This document shows, piece after piece, positions 1 through 9,792 of a stretch of DNA of 64,000 nucleotides; the first letter of the stretch is position 1; each line of letters begins with the position of its first letter. Location of the stretch: assembly GCA_044229975.1 (NCBI GenBank), contig JBGARZ010000003.1, forward strand, positions 352,001 to 416,000, given 5' to 3'. A program made the position numbers and the translations under genes. This DNA comes from Polyangiales bacterium. GTDB lineage: Bacteria > Myxococcota_A > Polyangia > Polyangiales > Ga0077539. The notes under the pieces were generated by a model. That model was not told the DNA's origin and did not search any database. It worked only from the letters and a program-made list of their open reading frames with translations.

Positions 1-324
1 TGCGTTGCCGCAGTCGGTGCGCACCACCACCGCGGCGGCCGACTGCACGCACGCCACGGCCACGGCTTCGTTCACGCGCTCGTCCGTCGCGGCCTCGCCC
101 GCGAGGGTTCGCTCGCTGCCGGCCGCACGCAGCACCACCCCCGCGGCGCGGAGCGTCGAAGCATCGCCCGACCGTAGCGATGCGACGGCGTCGGTGACGC
201 GCGCGCAGTCCGCCGCGACCGCGATGGGTGCGATGGTCGTCGATGGGATGCGGGTCGTCGCGCACGCGACCGACAGCAGCGAGGCAACCAGCAGCGACCT
301 CGCGATGCCCCGGCGCTCAGCCAC
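1..324 (-). CDS. Putative lipoprotein, N-terminal part (runs off the window edge)
   Basis: Manual minus-strand translation from GTG at 324 (overlaps the upstream stop): MAERRGIARSLLVASLLSVACATTR..., a lipobox-like SVAC; frame stays open to position 1. Confidence 0.5.
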   Translation of the reverse strand, partial: MAERRGIARSLLVASLLSVACATTRIPSTTIAPIAVAADCARVTDAVASLRSGDASTLRAAGVVLRAAGSERTLAGEAATDERVNEAVAVACVQSAAAVVVRTDCGNA

Positions 325-688
325 GGCGGAGCAGCGCGATGGCCTCGGGCGAGGTGTTCTCCGCGGTCAATCGACGACCCGCGAGCGACGGCTCGGCGAG
401 CACGCCCCCGGCGGTCTCAAGCCCGCGCACCAGCGCCGGAACGTCCGCCGCCGTGAGCTGCCCGAGCAGCACGTCGTCGGGCATCACGGCCGCGGTGATG
501 CCGTGCTCGCAGTGGTCGATGCAGCTCGACGACATCACCCGCACGCGCGCCCCCTGCCCCGCGACGCGGGTCGCGCGCTTCAGCTCGTCGACGAGCGCTT
601 CGGAGCCGCGCGCCGCGCACGATCCGCGCGGGTGGTCGTCGGCGCGGCGGTTGGTACAGATCCACACGTGACGCTCTCGGAAGGGCAT
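317..688 (-). CDS. Thioredoxin-like [2Fe-2S] ferredoxin
   Basis: C-terminal 123 aa of ORF 317..1360 from ATG 688: HVWICTNRR...GSC...SSCIDHCEHG cysteine pattern. Confidence 0.8.
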   Translation of the reverse strand: MPFRERHVWICTNRRADDHPRGSCAARGSEALVDELKRATRVAGQGARVRVMSSSCIDHCEHGITAAVMPDDVLLGQLTAADVPALVRGLETAGGVLAEPSLAGRRLTAENTSPEAIALLRRG

Positions 689-740
689 GCGTGCGTTTAT
701 ACACACGCCCGGCGCGCGTCCGCGATACTGCCCGTCCGCC

Positions 741-1628
741 ATGCGAGTCCGCGTGAAGGCCCGCGCGCCCCGAAACCTCTCCACCCGCACGCCGGGAAAG
801 CGCGAGCTCGCCCGCTCCTTTGTCGCCCTCGCCCTGCGCGCCGACGTCGGCACCCTCGCCGCCAGCTTCGCCTTCAGCGCCGTCTTCGCCCTCGGCCCGC
901 TGCTCTCGCTCTCCCTCATCGGGCTCTCCACCCTCCGCAACGACACCTTCCGCGGCGGCCTCGATCGCTTCGCCCGTTCCATCGTCCCGAGCGTCTCGGC
1001 CCCCTTCCTCGACGCCGTCGCCGACCAGCTCCAACGGGCCAGCAACCCGCTCCTCCTCCTGGCCTCCATCCTCGGCCTCGTCTGGACCCTCTCGTCCGCC
1101 TCGGACGCCATCGTGTCCGCGCTCGAGACCATCGGCCGCCGCGACCCGCGCGCCTGGTGGCGCCGTCGCCTGCGCGCCATCCTCCTCGGGCTCGCCGTCG
1201 TCCTCGCGCTCATCGTCGCGGGCGTCGCCGTCAGCCTCGGCCCGCGCGTCTCGACCTTCCTCGGCCACGTCACGGGCCTGCCCTTCGTGATGGTGCAGCC
1301 CCTCACCTCGCGCTGGTTTCGGCTGCCCGTGGTGGCCGTCAGCTTCACCACCCTCTGCATGATCTACTACCGCCACGGCACCATCGACGCCCCGCCGCGG
1401 TACCTCAGCCTCATCGGCGCCATCTTCGGCGGCGTGCTCGCCACCGTCGCATCAGCCGTGCTCTCCGGGTGGTTCGCGCTGCTGCCCCGGCTCGGCGGCG
1501 GGTACGGCGCGGCCACGGCCTTCTTCGCGGTGCTCCTGTGGCTGTACGTGCTCGGGCTCTCGATCTGCCTGGGCGCGTGCCTCACCCACGTGCTGGGCTT
1601 CGTCCCACTGCACCCGCGGCGGCGGTGA
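741..1628 (+). CDS. YihY/virulence factor BrkB family membrane protein
   Basis: Multiple TM segments; LAASFAFSAVFALGP and YGAATAFFAVLLWLY motifs. Confidence 0.8.
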   Translation: MRVRVKARAPRNLSTRTPGKRELARSFVALALRADVGTLAASFAFSAVFALGPLLSLSLIGLSTLRNDTFRGGLDRFARSIVPSVSAPFLDAVADQLQRASNPLLLLASILGLVWTLSSASDAIVSALETIGRRDPRAWWRRRLRAILLGLAVVLALIVAGVAVSLGPRVSTFLGHVTGLPFVMVQPLTSRWFRLPVVAVSFTTLCMIYYRHGTIDAPPRYLSLIGAIFGGVLATVASAVLSGWFALLPRLGGGYGAATAFFAVLLWLYVLGLSICLGACLTHVLGFVPLHPRRR

Positions 1629-1632
1629 CCCG

Positions 1633-2853
1633 ATGCGCCCCGTCGCACTCCTCGGCGCCGCGCTCCTCGTCGGCTGCCCCGCCCCGAGCGCAGGTCCTCC
1701 CGGTCGACCGCGCGTCGAGCCGCCCGACGTCCCCGTCGTCGATGGAGGCAATCGTCGCTGCGCGCTGCGCTCCGACGCGCCGACGGAGGTCTCCCACGGC
1801 GCCGACCCGGGCCGACTGCGCGCCGCCTGGAACGGCGAGCACTGGGGCATCGTCTGGTCGGAGGTCATCGACGACGAGCCCTCGGTCTTCTTCGCGCGCG
1901 TCGACGCCGACGGCCAACGCCCGCGACCGCCGCTGCGGGTGAGCGAGCGCCGCACCCACGCCTCAGCCCCCGCCGTGTGCTGGAACCGCACCGCCTGGTC
2001 GGTGTTTTTCACGGGCGGCGTGCGCGAGGTCGGGGACATCTACCAGGCGCGCGTGACGAGCCGCGGGAGCGCCGTCGGTCGGCCCTGGCGCATGACCCGC
2101 GGCGCGCGCCTCGACCTCGACCCCGCGGTCGTCGCCACCGAGAGCGCCATCGGGCTCGCGTGGGTCGCGCAGGAGGACACCGGCCGCTGGACCCTCTACG
2201 GCGAGGTGCTCGATCGCTGGGACCGACCGAGCGCGCCGCCCGCCATCCTGCGCAACAGCTCCCTCGCGCTCGGCCCCACGGAGCTCCTCTGGACCGGTCA
2301 GGAGTGGGCCACCGCGTACGTCACCACCGGCGGCCGGGAGGTGTTCGGCGTCGAGCTCGCCCGCATGGACCGCATCGGCTTCCCCCACGGCAGCGTGCAG
2401 CGCGTCACCAGCGGCCGCATCGGCGACGTCAGCGCCGACCGCCGCTTCGCCATCGCCTGGAACGGCGAGCGCTACGGCGTCGCCTGGAGCGAGCTGCGCG
2501 ACGGCGAGCGCCAGCTCTTCTTCCGCTGGGTGAGCGCGCGCGGCAACCCCTTGAGCGAGCCGCGACACGTCGGCCTCGAACACGACACGGCCAGCTCCCC
2601 CACGCTCGTCTCCGTGGGCGACGGCGACCTCCTGCTCGCGTGGGAGTCCGAGCGCGAGGGCGACCGCCGCGTGGCCGTCTCGGTGCTCGACACCGACGGC
2701 GTCCCGCAACGCGAGCCCGTGACGTTGCGCGGGGTCGAGGGCACGGCGTCGGCCCCCGCGCTCGCGCCCTCAGCCGACGCGGTGGGCGTGGTGACCCGGT
2801 CGACGCGCGGCATCAGCTTCCACCGCGTCACCGTCGGTCGCTGCGTGCGCTGA
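1633..2853 (+). CDS. Lipoprotein with repeated W-N-G-x-x-[WY]-G-[IV]-x-W beta-strand units (propeller-like)
   Basis: Lipobox LLVGC; repeated units WNGEHWGIVW, WNGERYGVAW; similar to 32668..34074. Confidence 0.65.
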   Translation: MRPVALLGAALLVGCPAPSAGPPGRPRVEPPDVPVVDGGNRRCALRSDAPTEVSHGADPGRLRAAWNGEHWGIVWSEVIDDEPSVFFARVDADGQRPRPPLRVSERRTHASAPAVCWNRTAWSVFFTGGVREVGDIYQARVTSRGSAVGRPWRMTRGARLDLDPAVVATESAIGLAWVAQEDTGRWTLYGEVLDRWDRPSAPPAILRNSSLALGPTELLWTGQEWATAYVTTGGREVFGVELARMDRIGFPHGSVQRVTSGRIGDVSADRRFAIAWNGERYGVAWSELRDGERQLFFRWVSARGNPLSEPRHVGLEHDTASSPTLVSVGDGDLLLAWESEREGDRRVAVSVLDTDGVPQREPVTLRGVEGTASAPALAPSADAVGVVTRSTRGISFHRVTVGRCVR

Positions 2854-3804
2854 CGCGGCCGGGGGGCGGGCGTTCTCGCGCGCCAGCGGATGGGCACCGT
2901 CGTAGACCTTCATCAGGTGGTCCATGGAGACCTGGGTGTACCGCTGCGTGGTGGAGAGGCTCGCGTGGCCGAGGATCTCCTGGATGGCCCGCAGATCGGC
3001 GCCGCCGTCGAGCAGGTGCGTGGCGCACGCGTGCCGCAGCATGTGCGGGTGCACGGCGTTGGTCCCCGTCGCGACGGCGCCGTAGTCCTTCACCAGTAGC
3101 TGCACCTGCCTCACGCCCAGCCGCTTGCCGCTGCGACCGATGAAGATGGCCGCCGGGTCCTGCCATCCGGTGCGCACGTCGGTGAGCCCGGGCCGCGCCT
3201 CGCGCCACGCATCCAGCGCCGCGATGCACTGCTTCCCCAGCGGAACCACCCGCTCCTTGTTTCCCTTGCCCCGCACCCGCGCGGTCGACCCCTGGAGGTC
3301 GGCGAGGTCCATCCCCACGGCCTCGCTCACCCGCAGCCCGCTGCCGTAGAGCAGCTCGATGAGCGCCTGGTCGCGCTTCACCATCATCGCCTGCCGCGCC
3401 CCGTCGACCGCCTCGTCGCCGCCGACGGGCGCGTCCATCATCCGCCCCGCGTCGGTCACCGACATGGGCTTCTCCAGCCGGCGGCGCACCTTCGGGGCGA
3501 TGAGCCGCGCCGTCGGGTCGTCGCCGCGCCACCCCGTTCGCAGCGCGTGGCGGAAGAAGGTCTTCACCGCCGAGACGTTGCGCGCGAGCGTCGCCCCGAC
3601 GCGGGCCTTCGAGCGCTCGGCCAGCCATCCCCGCAGCAGCGCGAGGTCGATGCCATCGAGGTCGACGTCGGCCCCGCGGTGCAGCCGCGCGTAGGCCGAC
3701 AGGGCTTCGAGGTCGCGGCGGTAGTGCTCCACGGTCAACGGCGAGGCGCGGCGCTCGTGCGTCAACCACTCGCAAAACGACTCGATGCGCGCGACCAGGG
3801 CCAT
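2770..3804 (-). CDS. xerC: Tyrosine recombinase XerC
   Basis: From ATG 3804: ASPLTVEHYRRDL, LYGSGLRVSE, RGKGNKER, HPHMLRHACATHLL, ILGHASLSTTQRY (catalytic R-K-H-R-H-Y), YDGAHP. Confidence 0.85.
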   Translation of the reverse strand: MALVARIESFCEWLTHERRASPLTVEHYRRDLEALSAYARLHRGADVDLDGIDLALLRGWLAERSKARVGATLARNVSAVKTFFRHALRTGWRGDDPTARLIAPKVRRRLEKPMSVTDAGRMMDAPVGGDEAVDGARQAMMVKRDQALIELLYGSGLRVSEAVGMDLADLQGSTARVRGKGNKERVVPLGKQCIAALDAWREARPGLTDVRTGWQDPAAIFIGRSGKRLGVRQVQLLVKDYGAVATGTNAVHPHMLRHACATHLLDGGADLRAIQEILGHASLSTTQRYTQVSMDHLMKVYDGAHPLARENARPPAASAHAATDGDAVEADAARRPGHHAHRVG

Positions 3805-3913
3805 GGCGACCGCAAGCCTATGACATGCCCCCACCCGCGGTCGGAAACTCCTGTCGACCGCGCCGGAGATTCCCTCTCCACGCGCCGCGGGGTCGTGGGT
3901 GATACTCCCGCCC

Positions 3914-6361
3914 ATGGCGCTGTTTGGATCGAGCCGCTCTCCCCTCCAGAAGGTGAAGGAAGCGCAGTGGCGCACCGACGAGGAGAAGCTCGCCGCGCTC
4001 TCTGCGCTGCGCGAAGACCACTCCGTCAAGCCCGCGGAGCTCATCGTGCTCTTCTGGGTCGCCGACGTGACCGTGCGCCAGGCCGCCGCGTCCATCTACA
4101 TCGGGCGCGCCGACGCGAAGTCCGTCGCGCTGCTCTTCTCCGAGATGCAGTCCCAGCACGCCGCGGCCAAGACCTTCGCCCAGCGCGTCATCGCCCGGCT
4201 CTCCACGCAGCTCGTCGCCCCGGCCATCGAGGAGCTGCTCCGCGACCCCAACCCCATGCGCCAGCGCGTCGGCTGGGAGACCGCCCTCGAACTCCCCGCC
4301 CGCGAGCGCATGCCCTACGCCCGCCGCGCCCTCAAGGACGCCCCGTCCGCGATGCGCGTCACCGCCCTCCAACGCCTCGCCGCGGACCACGGGGCCGACG
4401 CCATCCTCGACGACCTCATGGCCCTCGCGCGCGACCCCGACGACCGCTTCCGCGAGCGCGTCATCGAGACGCTCGCCTCGCTGGAGAAGCCCCGCGCCGA
4501 CGTCACCGAGCTCATGCTCGAACGCTTCGCCCAGGACAACGCCTCCGTCCGCGCCCACGCGCTCAAGGCCATCCAGCTCGCGAGCCAGCGCGACCCCGCC
4601 GGGCTCCAGCCGCGGCTCTACAAGCTGCTCGCCGAAGGGGACGACGCCATCCGCCGCATCGCGGTCGACATCCTCTTCTCCACGGGGAAGCCCGAGGCCG
4701 TGCTGACGGAGATCCTCCAGCAGTCGCGCACCATGGTCGGCTGGCTGCGCACCCGCATCCTCAACACCCTCAAGACCTTCGGCGACGACGTACTTCGTCC
4801 CGCGGTGCACCTCCTCGACCACGCCGACGAGGAGGTTCGGATGCAGGCCCTCGTGCTCGCCGAGCACTTCGAAGACCCGCGCCTCGTCGGCCCCGTGGTG
4901 AAGCTCCTCGACGACCACGACTGGTGGCTCCGCATCACCGCCTGCGAGACCCTCGGCAAGCTCAAGGACGAGCGCGTCGTCCCGCATCTGGTGAAGGCCC
5001 TCGGCGACCCCGACACCCGCTGGGCCGCCATCGACGCGCTCGGCAGCATCGGCGGCGAAGGCGCCCTGCGCGCGCTCGTCGACCTGCTCAAGGACGAGCG
5101 GCCCGAGGTGCGCCTCGAAGTGCTGCGCGCCTGCGCGCGATCGAAGGACCCGCGCATGATCAAGCTCTTCCAACGCGTCATGGAGGGCGACGCCGACCAG
5201 GAGGTGCGGACGCGCGCGGCGGAGATGTTCCGCGAGGTGGGCGGGGTGGTGGGCCGCGAGCAGACCGCCGCCGTGAGCAGCGAGCGCATCGCGCAGCCGC
5301 TCGACAAGCTGCTGGCCCTCGGGCGCGAGCGCGGGGCCTCGGACATCCACGTCACCGTCGGCGAGCCGCCCTTCCTCCGGGTGGCGGGCGTCATCGAGCG
5401 CGTCGACTCTGCCGTCCTCGACGCCGCCGCGTGCGAGGCGCTCATCACCGCCATCATCGACCCGGTGCGCCGCAAGGCCCTCGACGCCGACGGCGAGGTC
5501 GACTTCTGCCACGCCGTCCACGGCGTCGGGCGCTACCGGGCCAACGCGTTTCGACAGCGCAAGGGGCTGTGCGCGTCGTTCCGTTGCATCCCCAACATCC
5601 CGCCGACCTTCGCCGACCTTCGGCTGCCAGGGCAGCTCACCGAGCTGCTCGACTACCACCAGGGGCTCATCCTCGTGACGGGCCCGGCGGGCGGCGGCAA
5701 GAGCACCACCCTCGCCGCCATCATCAACCTCATCAACGAGACCAAGAGCGACCACGTCATCACCCTCGAAGACCCCATCGAGTTCGTTCACCTCGCGAAG
5801 TCGTCACTGGTCAACCAGCGCGAGGTGGGCCGACACACCGGGAGCTTCGCCCGCGCCCTGCGCGCCGCCCTGCGCGAAGACCCCGACGTCATCATGGTCG
5901 GCGAGATGCGCGACGTGGAGACCATCCGCATGGCCATGACCGCCGCCGAAACCGGGCACCTCGTCATCGCCACGATGCACACGACGAGTGCGGTCGCGAC
6001 GGTCGATCGCCTCATCGAGAGCTTTCCCCCCGATGAGCAGGCGCAGGTGCGCATGGGCCTCTCCGAGAGCCTCAAATACGTCGTGTCCCAGAGCCTCGCG
6101 CCGCGCGCCGACGGCAAGGGGCGCGTCGCCGTCTACGAGGTGCTCAAGGGCACCATGAACGTGGGGACCATGATCCGCGACCAGAAGACCTACCAGCTCC
6201 CGAGCCTCATGCAGATCAACCGCAGCGCCGGGATGCAGACGCTCGATCAGAGCCTCGAAGACCTGCTCGACGCCGGGCTCATCACCGCGGAGTGGGCCTA
6301 CGGCCGCGCCGAGCGCAAGGAGCCCTTCGAGGCGCGCCTCTCGGCGGGAGCGTCGGCGTGA
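3914..6361 (+). CDS. HEAT-repeat / PilT-PilU family type IV pilus ATPase fusion
   Basis: About 445 aa of HEAT-like helical repeats, then ASDIH, Walker A GPAGGGKSTT, TLEDPIE, ALREDPDVIMVGEMRD, TMHT, GMQTLDQ. Confidence 0.85.
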   Translation: MALFGSSRSPLQKVKEAQWRTDEEKLAALSALREDHSVKPAELIVLFWVADVTVRQAAASIYIGRADAKSVALLFSEMQSQHAAAKTFAQRVIARLSTQLVAPAIEELLRDPNPMRQRVGWETALELPARERMPYARRALKDAPSAMRVTALQRLAADHGADAILDDLMALARDPDDRFRERVIETLASLEKPRADVTELMLERFAQDNASVRAHALKAIQLASQRDPAGLQPRLYKLLAEGDDAIRRIAVDILFSTGKPEAVLTEILQQSRTMVGWLRTRILNTLKTFGDDVLRPAVHLLDHADEEVRMQALVLAEHFEDPRLVGPVVKLLDDHDWWLRITACETLGKLKDERVVPHLVKALGDPDTRWAAIDALGSIGGEGALRALVDLLKDERPEVRLEVLRACARSKDPRMIKLFQRVMEGDADQEVRTRAAEMFREVGGVVGREQTAAVSSERIAQPLDKLLALGRERGASDIHVTVGEPPFLRVAGVIERVDSAVLDAAACEALITAIIDPVRRKALDADGEVDFCHAVHGVGRYRANAFRQRKGLCASFRCIPNIPPTFADLRLPGQLTELLDYHQGLILVTGPAGGGKSTTLAAIINLINETKSDHVITLEDPIEFVHLAKSSLVNQREVGRHTGSFARALRAALREDPDVIMVGEMRDVETIRMAMTAAETGHLVIATMHTTSAVATVDRLIESFPPDEQAQVRMGLSESLKYVVSQSLAPRADGKGRVAVYEVLKGTMNVGTMIRDQKTYQLPSLMQINRSAGMQTLDQSLEDLLDAGLITAEWAYGRAERKEPFEARLSAGASA

Positions 6362-8106
6362 GCAACGAGCGACGGCCGTCCCGCAAGCCCCCTGGTGCGC
6401 CCGTGCGCGAAGAGCGCGTCGGCGGCATCCGCGAAGAGCGCATCGGCCCCGTCGACGCCCGCGCCGAGCGTTCGTCCACGCGACCCGGCAAGCCGCCGTC
6501 CCTTCGACCGGGAGCGCCCCGCGAAGAGCGCTTCGGGGGCATCCGCGAGGAGCGTGTGGGCCCGCGCACCAACGCCCTCGCCGAGGAGATCGTCCGTCGC
6601 CCCGCCAAGACCATTCCGCCCGCGCGCCCGCCCGGTGAGGCCCCGCGACGCACCGGCAAGACCGTGCCCCCAGCGCGCCCGCCGGAGGAGTCCGTGGCCC
6701 GCCCGCGGAAGTCCGTGCGGCCCGGTGGGCAGCCGAAGCCGGTGCCCGCGCCGACGCTCCCCGCGCCGCCCGAGCACGATGTGGTGATCCCCGCGCGGCC
6801 GCTACTGCCGACGGGCGTTCTGCCCAACGCGATCTACGTCCAGAAGTCACCACTGAGCCCGCCGCGGATGCCCGGCGCCCCCATCGCGCAAGCGCCCGTC
6901 GCGCAGCGGCCCGCCACGCCCGCGCCGATGCCTGCGGTCGCGCCGGCGCCGGCTCCAGTCGCGCCCGCGGTGGTGGCGGTGAAGCCCGCGCTCTCCAACG
7001 TCGCGCCCGGCACGCCGGGACAGAACCGCATCGACCGCTTCCTCAAGCTGATGAACGACCGCGGCGCGAGCGACCTGCACCTGTCGGTGGGTCGTCCGCC
7101 CATCTTCCGCTTGAGCGGGCGCATGGAGCCCATCCGCTACCGGACGCTCGACCGTTCGGACTTCACGCAGCTCCTCGAGGCCATCACCCCGGCGCACCTG
7201 TGGGCGGAGTTCGTGGAGACCGGCGACGTGGACTTCGCGTACGAGATTCCCAACGTGTCGCGCTTCCGCGTCAACCTCTTCCGCCAGGAGCGCGGTGACG
7301 CCGCGGTGCTGCGGGTGATCCCCACGAAGCTGATGACGGTGGCGCAGCTCGGGTTGCCCGAGTCCATCCGCAAGATCGTCCACCTGCGCTCGGGTCTGGT
7401 GCTGGTGACGGGGCCGACGGGGTCGGGCAAGAGCACCACGCTCTCGGCCATCATCAACGAGATGAACGAGACCCGTCGCATGCACTTCGTCACCATCGAA
7501 GACCCGATCGAGTTCGTTCATCCCAACAAGAAGTCGCTGATGTCGCAGCGCGAGATCGGGCCGCACTCCAGGAGCTTCTCCACGGCCTTGCGCGCCGCCG
7601 TGCGCGAAGACCCCGACGCCATCCTCGTCGGCGAGATGCGCGACCTGGAGACCATCTCCATGGCCCTCGCGGCGGCCGAGACCGGCGTGCTGGTCTTCGG
7701 GACGCTCCACACCAACTCGGCGGCCAAGACCATCGACCGCGTGGTCAACGTGTTTCCGGCCGATCGTCAGCCGGGCGTTCGCGGGACGCTGGCATCCGTG
7801 CTGAAGGGCGTCGTGGCGCAGCAGCTCCTGCGCAAGAAGAAGGGCGGTCGCTGCGCGGCGGTGGAGATCCTGTTCGGGAGCAACGCGATGGCGTCGATGA
7901 TCCGCGACGGCAAGTCGAACCAGATCTCCGGGCTCATCAAGCTCGGCAAGAAGGACGGCATGATCGCCATGGACGACGCGCTCAAGGCCCTGGTGGACGA
8001 CGAGTCCATCGAGCCACTGGCGGGCCTGGAGAAGGCCATCGACAAGGACGACTTCCGCAAGTGGCTGAAGGAGCGGGGCATCGCGGCGCCGGACGACGCG
8101 CACTGA
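6358..8106 (+). CDS. pilT: PilT family ATPase with Pro/Arg-rich N-terminal extension
   Basis: GTG overlapping the upstream TGA; ASDLHL, GPTGSGKSTT, TIEDPIE, REDPDAILVGEMRD, GTLHTNSA. Confidence 0.8.
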   Translation: MSNERRPSRKPPGAPVREERVGGIREERIGPVDARAERSSTRPGKPPSLRPGAPREERFGGIREERVGPRTNALAEEIVRRPAKTIPPARPPGEAPRRTGKTVPPARPPEESVARPRKSVRPGGQPKPVPAPTLPAPPEHDVVIPARPLLPTGVLPNAIYVQKSPLSPPRMPGAPIAQAPVAQRPATPAPMPAVAPAPAPVAPAVVAVKPALSNVAPGTPGQNRIDRFLKLMNDRGASDLHLSVGRPPIFRLSGRMEPIRYRTLDRSDFTQLLEAITPAHLWAEFVETGDVDFAYEIPNVSRFRVNLFRQERGDAAVLRVIPTKLMTVAQLGLPESIRKIVHLRSGLVLVTGPTGSGKSTTLSAIINEMNETRRMHFVTIEDPIEFVHPNKKSLMSQREIGPHSRSFSTALRAAVREDPDAILVGEMRDLETISMALAAAETGVLVFGTLHTNSAAKTIDRVVNVFPADRQPGVRGTLASVLKGVVAQQLLRKKKGGRCAAVEILFGSNAMASMIRDGKSNQISGLIKLGKKDGMIAMDDALKALVDDESIEPLAGLEKAIDKDDFRKWLKERGIAAPDDAH

Positions 8107-8121
8107 GGGCGGCGGACGAGG

Positions 8122-9792
8122 TCACAGCGACTCGGCGCGCACGATCCCATCCTTGTTGAGCACCAGCCGCAGGTGGGCGAACTGCTCCGCCTCGACGCCC
8201 GTCGGACCGAGCTGCCGAACGCGCACCAGCACGTGCACGTGATAGACGCGGGGAAGGTCCTTCCCGTCGAACCAGCCGCGCGCGACGTCGAAGAAGGTGA
8301 CGTGATCGGTCGGGTCATCGAGGCGCGACAGGAAGTGCCGCACGTTGACCCGCAGGATGTCCCGGATGCGGTAGCCCTCGGGCAGCGCGCGCGCCCGGTC
8401 GCTGTCGACCTCCAGCCGCTTGCGGTAGTGGATCACCTCTTCGGGGTTGGCCCCGACCCGCTGCGGATCACGGTCGGTGCGGCGCGCGCTCACCTCCGCG
8501 GGCAAGGTCTCACGATCGACGAAGCGAACCGCCTCCGCGGTGCGCGCCCGCAAGTCACCGAGGCCCATCTCGCCGAGCGCCTGGCCGTGCACCACCGAGC
8601 TGTGATCGAACACCCGCGCACGGCGCAGCAGGTACTCGCCCGTGAGGGCCTTGATGCGGTCCTTCATCACGTAGGCGATGACCGCCGCGGAGAAGAGCAC
8701 GAAGCGCGTCTGCGTGGGCAGCCCCGCGATCTGCGTCGGCACCTGCGTCGCCAGCGCCCAGATGGCCGCGAGCGCCGCGCCCGTGGCCGCGATGGCGTTG
8801 CGGACGAAGGTGTCCGCGCGCGAGCCGCGGAGGTCGAGGTAGAGGGCCTGCTGGACGTTCTTCTTGAGGGCCGAGGCGCGCCAGGTGAAGTGCTCCCCGG
8901 CGGGTGACGCGCGGCGGGTGCGCGCGGCGGGTGCGTCGTCAGCCAGGGTCTGCCCCGCGAGCACGAGGTAGCCGTAGCGGGTGCGGTACTCGGCCTCGGC
9001 GCGGGCGAGCGCGCGCACCCGGAGCTGCACCCTCGCGACGAAGCCCGTCCCGTCGCGCGCCGACGTCGCGGCCTCGGCGAGCATGGCGAGTCGCTCTTCG
9101 AGGGCGAGGCTCATGTACTCGTCGGCCGTCCGCATCGCGAGCGGAACCGACTGGTGGCACAGCCGCTCGAAGGGCCACCAGCCCGCGCGCACCTCGCGGT
9201 ACCGCCGCAGCGCGTGGGAGACCCGCCCGAGCACCTCGTCGAGGAAGGCCTCCAGCTTCCCGTCGCCGTCCACCGCCGCGGGCGGTGCGTCGCTGGAGCG
9301 CGGGAGCATCGAGCTGCGACCCCGTCGCTCGACGCCGTCGCTGCGCAGGCGTCGCGCGAGGCGCTTCTCCCAGCGGCGGAGCTCGGACTTCATCGCCGAC
9401 ACGAAGAGGTGGGCGTAGAGCCGCGCGTGCACCTGCACCGGGCGCGTCGGCGTGCGTTCGGCGGCGCGCAGCCGGCGCAGCACGTCGGCGATCTGGAAGA
9501 GCGGCGAGGCGCGGTTGGTCTCGTCGGCGAGCTGCTCCAGCGGCAGCGGTCGGGCATCAACCCGCATGTACGCCGTGAAGTCCGAGTAGAACTCCTCCCG
9601 CGAATAGTTGGCCTTGTTGAGCCCGACGTTGCGGGGGACGAAGAAGTACGCGTCGACGTCGAAGCGCCAGCGCCCGACCTCCCCCACCGGGTAGTTGAAG
9701 CGCAGCTCGAACTGCAGCCGGTCGTGCACCTCGCCCTGCACGACGAGGCCCTTGCGCTCGCCGCGCTTCACCCGAGCGGCAGGCTCACCCAT
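8122..9792 (-). CDS. Hypothetical protein with two predicted TM helices
   Basis: Long protein-like ORF from ATG 9792; hydrophobic segments AIAATGAALAAIWALA and FVLFSAAVIAYVM. Confidence 0.65.
   Translation of the reverse strand: MGEPAARVKRGERKGLVVQGEVHDRLQFELRFNYPVGEVGRWRFDVDAYFFVPRNVGLNKANYSREEFYSDFTAYMRVDARPLPLEQLADETNRASPLFQIADVLRRLRAAERTPTRPVQVHARLYAHLFVSAMKSELRRWEKRLARRLRSDGVERRGRSSMLPRSSDAPPAAVDGDGKLEAFLDEVLGRVSHALRRYREVRAGWWPFERLCHQSVPLAMRTADEYMSLALEERLAMLAEAATSARDGTGFVARVQLRVRALARAEAEYRTRYGYLVLAGQTLADDAPAARTRRASPAGEHFTWRASALKKNVQQALYLDLRGSRADTFVRNAIAATGAALAAIWALATQVPTQIAGLPTQTRFVLFSAAVIAYVMKDRIKALTGEYLLRRARVFDHSSVVHGQALGEMGLGDLRARTAEAVRFVDRETLPAEVSARRTDRDPQRVGANPEEVIHYRKRLEVDSDRARALPEGYRIRDILRVNVRHFLSRLDDPTDHVTFFDVARGWFDGKDLPRVYHVHVLVRVRQLGPTGVEAEQFAHLRLVLNKDGIVRAESL

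Noticed and set aside
2770..3804. Tyrosine recombinase as a prophage or island integrase
   Set aside because: Size and motifs match chromosomal XerC; no att site, tRNA or phage genes nearby
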